Positions 36,133-43,891 of a stretch of DNA of 64,000 bases are shown here, piece after piece. The translations under genes and the position numbers were made by a program. Source of the stretch: Dehalococcoidia bacterium (lineage in GTDB: Bacteria; Chloroflexota; Dehalococcoidia; Lucifugimonadales; UBA1123); contig DAOUHG010000028.1 in the NCBI GenBank assembly GCA_034428835.1, positions 19,742-83,741 on the forward strand, given 5' to 3'. Position 1 is the stretch's first letter. Each line of letters begins with the position of its first letter. The notes under the pieces are model-generated. The model did not search any database and was not told the DNA's origin. It saw only the letters and a program-made list of their open reading frames with translations.

Positions 36133-36275
36133 TGAAGGTCCGTGGGCGTTCTCAGTCAGCGGGCGAAAAGACCAGCGGATGCTAACATCGGGTGGGCGTG
36201 ACGGTCAATTCTGAGCCTACTGCTCGGACAGAGTTGAGGTCGTCCGAGTACTGGCTCCATCAAGGTTGACGGTCA

Positions 36276-38012
36276 CTAGTAACCCCGGGCTTCGTCGGTC
36301 CCGGTGGGTTGCACACCGGCGTGGAGGATGCCGGTGACGGGATCGGTCATGACGCCGCGGGGCCTTGAGAAGCCTCCGCCGGTGAAGGGCTCCGGGACGA
36401 CCTCCACGTTGTGGCCCATACGGGCCAACGCCTCGACGGTCTGCGGGTCGATCCGGTGGTCGACGAAGGTCTCGCGCTCGGCGGCGTCAACGCTGGGCGC
36501 CGTGATCGCCTCCTGGATGCTCATCCCGAAGTCGATCACGTTGGAGATGACGTGGGCGATACGGCACATGATCCTGCGGCCGCCGGGCGCTCCGACGGCG
36601 AGGAACGGCTTGCCGTCCCTGAGCAGCAGCACGGGCGCCATGTTGTTCATCCCCCGCTTGTATCCGGCAATCGAGTTCGCCGCGCCGGGCATTGGGTTGA
36701 AGACGACCATGCCGTTGGTGAGGAGCACTCCGGTGCCGGGCACGACGACTCCTGAGCCGAAGCCTCCCACCGCGGTCTGCGTGCAGGCGACCATGTTCCT
36801 GTCGCGGTCTATGACGCTGAGGTGGGTGGTGCAGTCGCCCTCGCTGGGGGGCGACGCGTGGGCGGCGCGCTCCGGCCGCGGCTGAGGGTCGTAGCGCCAG
36901 GGGTCGTGCAGGGGACTGTCGGCGTAGGCGACCCACGGCTGTAGCTCGCGCTCTTCCTCCAGCTTGGCGGCCTCGCGGTGGATGGAGAGGGCGATCTCCC
37001 GGGCGTACTCGGGGGAGAGGATTCCGTCGAGCGGCGCGGGCTCGAAGTCGGGGTCTCCGACGAAGCTGTAGCGGTCGGCGAAGGCGTGCCTTGCCGCCTC
37101 CGTGTACAGGTGCAGATGCTCTGGGGAGGCGTGCGTCAGGCGATGCAAATCGAAGCTCTCCAGGATCGTGAGGGTCTGCAGACTCGTGATCGTGCCGGCC
37201 GGCACGGGGGAGCCGAGCAGCTCGTACCCCCTGTAGGAGGCGCTTACAGGTTCGAGCACCTGCGCCTCGTAGTCGGCGAGGTCATTCGCGCTGAGGACGC
37301 CGCCGTTTTGTCTCATCTCCTCGTCGATGGCGGCCGCGATCTCGCCCCGGTAGAGGGCGTCCTTGCCTTCTCTGCCGATCCGTTCGAGGGTGTCGGCAAG
37401 GTCCCGCTGGACGATCTTCGCACCAGGCGGCGGAGGGTATCCATCCGTCAGGAAGATGCGCGCGGCCTCGCCATAGCGGACCAGGTTGGGCATGTATCTG
37501 GCGATCATCAGGCAGGCGGTGGAGTCGGCCTCGAACCCCTCTCTGGCGTAGTGGACGGCCGGCTCCAGCAGTTGCTCTAGCGGGAGGACGCCGAACAGCT
37601 CGTGGGCGCGACACATGCCTGCCGTGATCCCCGGCACGCCTACCGAGCGGTGTCCGACGGCGTTGGCGCGTTCCTCAACCTCGTATATGCCGTTACCTTC
37701 GACCGTCTGGCCAACGACGCGGAACATATCGGCCGTTGCGGCCTTTGGGGCTCGGTGGCCGTAGTCGACGGCTATGGTGCGACGCTCCGCTGTCATGTGG
37801 ACGATCATCTGACCGTGGCCGGCGATGGAGGAGTTCCACGGCTCGATCACATTGAGGCAGAAGCCGGTAGCGACGGCGGCGTCCACGGCGTTTCCGCCGC
37901 TCTTGAGGACGTCGACGCCGACTTGGGCAGCGATCGGGTGCGCAGTGGCGACAGCGCCGTGCTCGACGACGACCTCGTCCTTGTCAGGACGCCAGACGCT
38001 GCGTGTGTTCAA
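36276..38012 (-). CDS. gamma-glutamyltransferase family protein (no evident signal peptide)
   Basis: 578 aa, GGNAVDAAVA, autoprocessing Thr context GDCTTHLSVIDRDRNMV, GAPGGRRI. TTG start overlaps the upstream stop (TTGA). Confidence 0.85.
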   Translation of the reverse strand: MNTRSVWRPDKDEVVVEHGAVATAHPIAAQVGVDVLKSGGNAVDAAVATGFCLNVIEPWNSSIAGHGQMIVHMTAERRTIAVDYGHRAPKAATADMFRVVGQTVEGNGIYEVEERANAVGHRSVGVPGITAGMCRAHELFGVLPLEQLLEPAVHYAREGFEADSTACLMIARYMPNLVRYGEAARIFLTDGYPPPPGAKIVQRDLADTLERIGREGKDALYRGEIAAAIDEEMRQNGGVLSANDLADYEAQVLEPVSASYRGYELLGSPVPAGTITSLQTLTILESFDLHRLTHASPEHLHLYTEAARHAFADRYSFVGDPDFEPAPLDGILSPEYAREIALSIHREAAKLEEERELQPWVAYADSPLHDPWRYDPQPRPERAAHASPPSEGDCTTHLSVIDRDRNMVACTQTAVGGFGSGVVVPGTGVLLTNGMVVFNPMPGAANSIAGYKRGMNNMAPVLLLRDGKPFLAVGAPGGRRIMCRIAHVISNVIDFGMSIQEAITAPSVDAAERETFVDHRIDPQTVEALARMGHNVEVVPEPFTGGGFSRPRGVMTDPVTGILHAGVQPTGTDEARGY

Positions 38013-39556
38013 CGGCCCAGGTCCCCCAGGACGACGTGGGCGGCGTTATGTCCGGGCGCGCCTGTCACCTCGCCTCCGGGGTGCGTCCCGGCGCCGCACA
38101 TGTATAGGCCCTCGACCGGTGTCCGGTAGTCGGACCACCCCGGCAGCGGTCGGCGTGACATCATCTGCTGCGGGACCATGTCGAGGTGCCTTATGTTGCC
38201 GTCGGTGAGGCCGATGCGCTCCTCGATGTCTTCCGGGGTCAGCAGTGTCCAGTCTATTATGGCCTCCCTGAAGTTGGGAGCGTATTTCGACACCTCGTCG
38301 ATGAGCCGCTCGCCGAACTGCTGCCGCATCTCGGGCCAGGAGCCGTCCCGGACATGGGGCGGCAGGAAGTAGACCCACATCGACAGCACGTGACGTCCTT
38401 CCGGTGCGACCGTCTTGTCGTACACGGAAGGGATCTGGAGCTGGATGATCGGCGTCTCGGTGATCCGGCCGTTCTTGGCGTCGTTCCAGCTCGTCTCGCA
38501 CTGCTCCACGGTGGGGCAGAGGCTGATCATGGCGAGGTGCTCCGGGTTGTACTCGGAGCCCAGGTGGCCGGAGAAGTCCGGTAGCTCACTCAGTGCGCAG
38601 AGGAACTTGGCGGATGCCGACTGCGTCTTTAGCGCCCTGACCTCGTCGACGAATTCCTCGTCGAGATTGGCTCCGTCCATTAGCTTTAGGAATGTCCGCT
38701 TCGGATCCGCGTTTGACAGGACGACGTCTGCGTCGACCACCTCTCCGTCGACAAGTTCGACGCCGGTGGCTCTGCCGTTGCTCGTCACGATGCGGCCCAC
38801 CTCGGCTCCCGTCCTGATCGACACGCCCGCCGCCTCGGCGGAGCGCGCCAGCGACTGGGTGATGGAGCCCATGCCGCCTCGGACGATTCCGTAGTTCTCG
38901 GTGTCCTCGCGGAAGGCGCTGTACCTGTAGAGTGCGGAGATGTAGGCGCTGCCCGGCGCGCTTATGTCTCCCATGTCCATCGCGCCTGTGCTTACGGCCG
39001 CCTTGACCTCGTCCGAGACGAAGTAGCGGTCGATCAGGTCCCTGAGCGGGACGGTCAGCAGCGTCTCGAGGAGCTCCTCCTCGCCCTCCTGGCGGAACCG
39101 TTCACTGAGCTCGGCGAGCGAGGGAGGGGTGCTGAGATAGTAGTCGCTGAGGATGCGGACGGCGCGGCGCCACAGTTCGGCCCATTCGAGCCAGGCGTCG
39201 GCGTCCTCCGGCGATAGCTTACGGAGCTCCTCGGCCGTCTTTGCGTCGTCGTGCCAGAGGGTCAGCGCCTTACCGTTGGGGAAAGGGTGGACTCGGGATG
39301 GATCTATAGGGTAGACGTGGAAGCCGTACCTGCGCAGCTCCAGGTCGTCGATCACCTTCTGTTGAAGGATGTGGCAGACGTAGGAACATGTGGAGATCTT
39401 GTAGCCGGGGAACCACTCCTCTGTCACCGCGGCGCCTCCGACGACGTCCCTCCGCTCCAGCACCTGGACGTTCAGCCCGGCCCGTCCGAGGTAGCCTGCT
39501 GCCACCAGGCCGTTGTGCCCACCGCCAACGATAACGACCCTTGTCTTCTCAGCCAT
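38009..39556 (-). CDS. phytoene-desaturase-family NAD(P)/FAD-dependent oxidoreductase (COG1233-like)
   Basis: VVIVGGGHNGLVAAGYLGRAGLNVQVLERRDVVGGA dinucleotide fold. Start placed at ATG 39556 with GGGAGG upstream. Confidence 0.8.
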   Translation of the reverse strand: MAEKTRVVIVGGGHNGLVAAGYLGRAGLNVQVLERRDVVGGAAVTEEWFPGYKISTCSYVCHILQQKVIDDLELRRYGFHVYPIDPSRVHPFPNGKALTLWHDDAKTAEELRKLSPEDADAWLEWAELWRRAVRILSDYYLSTPPSLAELSERFRQEGEEELLETLLTVPLRDLIDRYFVSDEVKAAVSTGAMDMGDISAPGSAYISALYRYSAFREDTENYGIVRGGMGSITQSLARSAEAAGVSIRTGAEVGRIVTSNGRATGVELVDGEVVDADVVLSNADPKRTFLKLMDGANLDEEFVDEVRALKTQSASAKFLCALSELPDFSGHLGSEYNPEHLAMISLCPTVEQCETSWNDAKNGRITETPIIQLQIPSVYDKTVAPEGRHVLSMWVYFLPPHVRDGSWPEMRQQFGERLIDEVSKYAPNFREAIIDWTLLTPEDIEERIGLTDGNIRHLDMVPQQMMSRRPLPGWSDYRTPVEGLYMCGAGTHPGGEVTGAPGHNAAHVVLGDLGR

Positions 39557-39701
39557 GGTAAGCGCCTCCCGTCTATGTTGCGGCAATGTTAGCAGACTAA
39601 GGCGCACGACGAGCGGGTATTACGGCACCCCGCACGTACCTAATAGAGATGTGGAAATCCGGGGCCCACTTTGCCGAGGAATGTTCATTCTGGCAAATCC
39701 C

Positions 39702-41379
39702 TCACGCCAGCGTGTAGAGCCGGTTCAGAGGAACCTCGCTCATTGGACTTGAGGTGACAACGGTTCCATCCACGCTTATCCGCTTGCTTTCGAGATTTAC
39801 CTCTATCCTGGGGTTGAAGCTGTTTCTTACCATGCTCCGCTTGGTTACCGTTCGCACGTCCTTCACGGGCAGGAGCTTGCGTCGTGTGCCCAATCGCCTC
39901 TGGAGACGCGATTCCAGTGAGGCCTGAGACACGAAGAAGGCGCTGGACGTGGCTGCGGAGTTTCCCAGGGCGCCGAACGCGGGCCCGTACGTCACAGGCT
40001 CGCACTGTCTGATGGAGGCGTTTCCCTGGCCGGAGGGAGACCACGCCACCAGGCCGCCCTTGATGACCATATCTGGCTTGACGCCGAAGAATGCGGGACT
40101 CCAGAGCACCACGTCGGCCATCTTGCCCGGCTCCAGCGATCCCACGTAGGACGATAAGCCGTGGGTTAGGGCGGGATTCAACGTGTACTTGGCGAGGTAA
40201 GCGCAGGATACGATCGTTGTCGTGCTCAGGGTGAGTCGCTCCTCGCTCCCCCTTCATCTTGTGCGCCAGTTGCCATGTGCGAGTGATAACCTCTCCTATC
40301 CGTCCCATTCCCTGTGAGTCAGAGTTGATGATAGGGACCGCGCCCATGTCGTGGAGCACGTCCTCGGCGGCCATGGTCTCGCGCCGCAGCCTTTCGTCGA
40401 GAGCGGCGGCCTCGGGCGGAGCGGCCACGTTTACATTGTGCACCTGCGCCGTCATGTGAAAGTGCTCTTCGTATGTGCTGACCGTGTATGGAATCGTAGG
40501 CGTGGTGGAGGAGGTGATGATGTTGTTCACTCCCGCCAGTCTGATGAGGTCGGGCGCGTGACCACCGCCCGCGCCTTCGACGTGATAGGCGTGGACTGCG
40601 CGTCCACCTATCGCTTCGATGGTGTCGGACACCTGCATGGACTCGTGAAGGCCGTCGGTATGAAGGGCAACCGACACGTCGTACTCGTCTGCCACACGTA
40701 GACATGCGTCTATGACGTAGGGATACGCGCCCTCGTCCTCGTGGATTTTGAAGCCCGCGGCTCCCGCCTCAATGCTCTCCACCATTGGAGAGGGATGGCT
40801 CGCGTTGCCCCTCGCCTGGAGCGCGAGGTTGACCGGGATATTCTCGAACGACCGCAGCCAGCCTTGTATCGTGGAGCGCCCAGTGGTGTTCAGACCCGCG
40901 CCGACGAGCGTTGTCAGGCCCGCGCTCAGGGCCACGTCCATGAGCTTGGGGTTGTTGCCGATGTGCACGTGGCTGTCCACGCCGCCGGGCGTGGCGATAA
41001 GGCCGTCCCCGCGATAGACGACGGTGTTCGGGCCGATAACGAGGTCAACATCGTCCATTATGTCGGGATTGCCCGCCCTTCCTACCCCAACGATGGTCCC
41101 GTCTTTTATGCCGATGCTTCCTTTGAATATCCCCATCACTGGGTCCACGACGATTGCGTTCGAGATAACGTTATCCAGTTCGCTGTCTCTCGCGGGGCGA
41201 TACGAATACATCATCCCCGTCCTGAGATTCTTGCCCCATCCTCCCAGTATCTCGTTGCCGTAATCCGTGTAGTCTCTCTCTATCAGCGCGAACAGGTCCG
41301 TATCTCCGAACCGCACGCGGTCTCCGGCGGTGGGACCGTACATGGACCCGTACTTCTGTCTATCGATTTCGAATGGCAC
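39702..41379 (-). pseudogene. ureC: urease alpha subunit, reading frame broken by one extra base near 40200
   Basis: The N-terminal 393 codons (41379 down to about 40201) keep the canonical motifs GGVDSHVH, GFKIHED, HTDGLHE, HAYHVEGAGGGHAPD and NSDSQGMGR. After ...DNDRILR the true continuation [42 protein letters not shown] is in the +1 frame (track ORF 39702..40181). Confidence 0.8.
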
Positions 41380-41381
41380 GT

Positions 41382-41753
41382 TTACTCACCTGTGTCGAGA
41401 AAGCCCTGAGAGCGGGCGCGGGCCAGCGCGTCTCCGACCTGCGTTTTCGACAGGGCGCCGTTCACAAAGCCCTGGTACCCGTACACCCTCCGCCTGCCCG
41501 CGATGTCTATGAGCCGGATTTCCACAATCTGCCCTGGCTCCCACCGGACGCCGCTTCCTGATGGAACGTCGAGACGCTTGCCGTACGCCGCGCGCCTGTC
41601 GAAACTCAAACGCCTGTTTACCTCGAAGAAGTGGTAGTGTGAGGTCACGTATGCTGTATAGCGCGACGTATTCTCCACCGAGAGGACGACCGCGTCCCGC
41701 CCCTGGTTGCAGAGGATGCCCTCGCCGGCGGAGATAATCTCTCCTGGTATCAT
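41382..41753 (-). CDS. ureB: urease beta subunit
   Basis: 123 aa, MIPGEI...VTSHYHFFEVN...LDVPSGSGVRWEPG. Confidence 0.9.
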   Translation of the reverse strand: MIPGEIISAGEGILCNQGRDAVVLSVENTSRYTAYVTSHYHFFEVNRRLSFDRRAAYGKRLDVPSGSGVRWEPGQIVEIRLIDIAGRRRVYGYQGFVNGALSKTQVGDALARARSQGFLDTGE

Positions 41754-41770
41754 GACGACCTCCTCCCGAT

Positions 41771-42073
41771 TCAGCGGATGGGGTTCCGCACGAAGACGAG
41801 CTTCGTGCCTTCCGGAAAGCTCGCCTCTACCCTTATGGGGTCCACCAGCTCGGGCACGCCTTCCATCACGTCCTCGCGTCGGAGGACTTGCGTGGCGCGC
41901 TCCAGCGTTTTCTGGTAGCTGTTGCCGTCTCTGGCAAACTCCATTATCTCATCGCAAATCAGGGCTGTCGCCTCCGGGTGGTTCAGCTTCAGTCCCCTGG
42001 CTCTCCTGCGTCGAGCAAGCTCGGCCGCACTGAAGATAGTCAGCCTGTCCAACTCTCGTGGTGTAAGTCTCAC
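41771..42073 (-). CDS. ureA: urease gamma subunit
   Basis: 100 aa from GTG 42073 (AGAGGA upstream): (M)RLTPRELDRLTIFSAAELARRRRARGLKLNHPEATALI... The track's 143-aa version is an upstream read-through extension. Confidence 0.85.
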   Translation of the reverse strand: MRLTPRELDRLTIFSAAELARRRRARGLKLNHPEATALICDEIMEFARDGNSYQKTLERATQVLRREDVMEGVPELVDPIRVEASFPEGTKLVFVRNPIR

Positions 42074-42324
42074 GGCGTCCTCTTTGCTTTCGTCGAAGTC
42101 CGCGTTCCGGTTGCCCCTGCCCATGGTAACAGCATGTCGGGAGGGAACCGCTTGATTGAGGCAACGCGCCGTGAAAAGTAATGGTCGCTGCTCACATTGC
42201 AACTTACGAGGGGATCGAAGGGGAACCGGGACGCTACACTACTGAGCGGGGCTTCGTCGTCAGCCCGGAGTCTACTCGAAAACGAGTTGAGCGGGTGGGG
42301 AATCAGTTCACAGTACAGTAGATC

Positions 42325-42400
42325 TGGTACCCCTGCCCGGACTCGAACCGGGGCACCCGGTTTAGGAAACCGGTGCTCTATCCTCCTGAGCTACAGGGGC
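42325..42400 (-). tRNA. tRNA-Arg (anticodon CCT), CCA encoded
   Basis: Hand fold: GCCCCTG TA GCTC AGGAGGATA GAGC A CCGGT TT-CCT-AA ACCGG GTGC CCCGG TTCGAGT CCGGG CAGGGGT A CCA. Confidence 0.85.
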
Positions 42401-42630
42401 ACGTGGACTGTGAGCGTTCAGGGCCGTGAGTACGACCACACGAAAATTCTGACAGGGGCCGGCGCTCCGTGTCAACACACGAGCTTGGTTCGAGCCTGTC
42501 CCATATTAGTAGGCGCCACCAGTCCAGACCTTGTCCTAAGGCCGCAAGGGTTGCCCTGCGCCTACTAAATTGACGCAGGGCCTGACCTTGAGGAGTAGCG
42601 ACGGTCCGCGAACCTCCTCATAGGGCCGCC

Positions 42631-42873
42631 TTCCGGGGACTTCGAGGACCTTCGAGACCTTTTTCGGTCGTCTGAAAAAAGAGTTAGCCACCAATGGCGG
42701 CGCTCAGAGGGCGACTTCCGGGGACTTCGAGGACTTTCGAGACCTTTTTCGGTCGCCTGAAAAAAGAGTTAGCCACCAACGGCGGCGCTCAGGGGTCGGC
42801 TTCCGGGGACTTCGGGGACCTTCGAGACCTTTTTCGGCCTGCGAAAAATAATTCAGCCGCGAATCGCGTTCAG
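42631..42873 (+). repeat. 85-bp tandem repeat array, left (forward) arm, about 3 copies
   Basis: The unit ttccggggacttcgaggaccttcgagacctttttcggtcg(t/c)ctgaaaaaagagttagccaccaa(t/c)ggcggcgctcag... starts at 42631, 42716 and 42801. Copies 1 and 2 differ at 6 of 85 positions by my alignment. Copy 3 is diverged, and a partial copy precedes 42631. Confidence 0.9.
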
Positions 42874-42900
42874 TAGGGACAACTCGCTGAGCGTCCCTAC
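42873..42900. repeat. hairpin gtagggac-N12-gtccctac
   Basis: Perfect 8-bp inverted repeat read directly, immediately after the left repeat array. Confidence 0.6.
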
Positions 42901-43128
42901 TATCGGCGCAATTGCCTGGACCAGGACTTCAATCCATACCAGTCTGGTGTGAGGCCGTCATGTTTTCGCTGGCTGGAACCTGTATCAACTTGGTCGCTGA
43001 CCACGTCATTACGGGGAAAGTCGGAATACAGAGGGGGACTGGGGATGAAAACAACGGTGTTATCGAGGTCTTCAGGGCAATTGCATTCTCCCAACATGAA
43101 GTCGCAGAGCAATCTCAAACCCGTTCGC

Positions 43129-43147
43129 CCCCGGATCAAGTCCGGGG
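43129..43147. repeat. hairpin ccccgga-tcaag-tccgggg
   Basis: Perfect 7-bp stem with a 5-nt loop inside the non-coding mosaic. Confidence 0.5.
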
Positions 43148-43240
43148 CAGGCTCTGAGCTTGTCGAAGGGCCGTTCATGGGTCGACAGACTCACCACGAA
43201 CGGACTTATACCAATTCGCTTTGACTACGCCACAAACCTA

Positions 43241-43384
43241 CCATGACACACAGGGTCTTTCGATTATCTTTCTAGCCTGTTCCCATATTGTCATGCTGAG
43301 CTTGCCGAAGCATCTGGTCAGCAGACCCTTCGCTCCTCTCAGGGTGACAGATTGGGGATAACCGAAAGACCCTGCCATGACACA
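43241..43384. mobile_element. MITE-like element: 124-bp imperfect palindrome with 12-bp TIRs and 10-bp flanking direct repeats
   Basis: Direct repeat ccatgacaca at 43241-43250 and 43375-43384. TIR cagggtctttcg (43251-43262) and cgaaagaccctg (43363-43374). The interior holds two opposed REP-type units (gtcatgctgagcttgccgaagcatc and gacccttcgctcctctcagggtgac). Confidence 0.5.
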
Positions 43385-43407
43385 TTCTCATGCGTAGATC
43401 CCCGTCC

Positions 43408-43434
43408 GTCATTCCCGCGAAAGCGGGAATCCAT
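43408..43434. repeat. REP-like hairpin, copy 2 (gtcATTCCCGC-gaaa-GCGGGAATccat)
   Basis: 8-bp stem (43411-43418 with 43423-43430) and a GAAA tetraloop. Confidence 0.65.
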
Positions 43435-43584
43435 CGACCCGGGTGAGGGAGAATACGGTGTAATCATCCATAATTGGTATTATTAGAGAATGCGATTGCC
43501 CTGCCGATGTCTTCGACTAAACTGGTACAGCTTCCGCTGGCTGCCCCCAATGGATTTCCGCCCCGTATCGGAGTATCGGGTAAC

Positions 43585-43737
43585 GTCCTCTAGCGGCTAA
43601 ACTTTTTTTGAGGCGACCGAAAAAGGTCTCCGAAGTCCTCGAAGGTCCCCGGAAGTTGCCTTCTGAGCGCCGCCATTGGTGGCTAACGTTTTTTTGAGGC
43701 GACCGAAAAAGGTCTCGAAGTCCTCGAAGTCCCGGCG
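43585..43737 (-). repeat. 85-86-bp tandem repeat array, right (inverted) arm, about 2 copies
   Basis: The reverse complement reads ...gccgggacttcgaggacttcgagacctttttcggtcgcctcaaaaaaacgttagccaccaatggcggcgctcagaaggcaac ttccggggaccttcgaggacttcggagacctttttcggtcgcctcaaaaaaagtttagcc..., the same unit as 42631-42873 on the other strand. Confidence 0.9.
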
Positions 43738-43822
43738 AAACGACTCTGTATAGGCTGTTCTCGAACCGCAAACCTGTCCCAGGTTGGTAGGTGAGCTCTG
43801 CGATGGCTGCCTCACTACCCCT

Positions 43823-43871
43823 GGATTCCGGCCCCGTATCGGAGTACGGGACAGGCTCTTCGCCGGAATGA
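43823..43871. repeat. composite REP-like hairpin, copy 3 (outer ATTCCGGC/GCCGGAAT stem enclosing cccgta-tcggag-tacggg)
   Basis: Outer stem 43825-43832 with 43862-43869. Inner hairpin 43833-43850. It lies 21 nt downstream of the recO stop. A related unit (ggatttccgccccgtatcggagtatcggg) is at 43551-43580. Confidence 0.6.
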
Positions 43872-43891
43872 TGGAGCGGGCATCGCTTGGT

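Noticed and set aside
40190-40210. Programmed ribosomal frameshift in ureC
   Set aside because: There is no slippery heptamer, no in-frame stop, and no stimulatory SD or structure like those at known +1 sites. A mutation or a sequencing error is the simpler explanation.
42074-42202. 143-aa version of ureA
   Set aside because: Urease gamma subunits are about 100 aa and begin M.LTPRE. GTG 42073 with an AGAGGA SD gives exactly that. The extension has no homology.
42487-42502. ggttcgagcctgtccc looked like a duplicated tRNA T-arm (candidate att site)
   Set aside because: It does not fold into a T-arm, matches the neighbouring tRNA only over GGTTCGAG, and belongs to a repeated cctgt(t)cccatatt motif also seen at 43276-43289.
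42900-43178. 92-aa ORF (and other ORFs at 42197..42568, 43597..44178, 43887..44369) in or next to the repeat mosaic
   Set aside because: The translations are repeat-derived (for example EPAPDLIRGRTG from a hairpin unit) or overlap the tRNA or recO. There is no start context and no family resemblance.
42631-43737. Could the 85-bp repeat arrays be a CRISPR array?
   Set aside because: The repeats abut each other with no unique spacers. The unit (85 bp) is far longer than CRISPR repeats. The two arrays are inverted relative to each other, and no cas genes are present.
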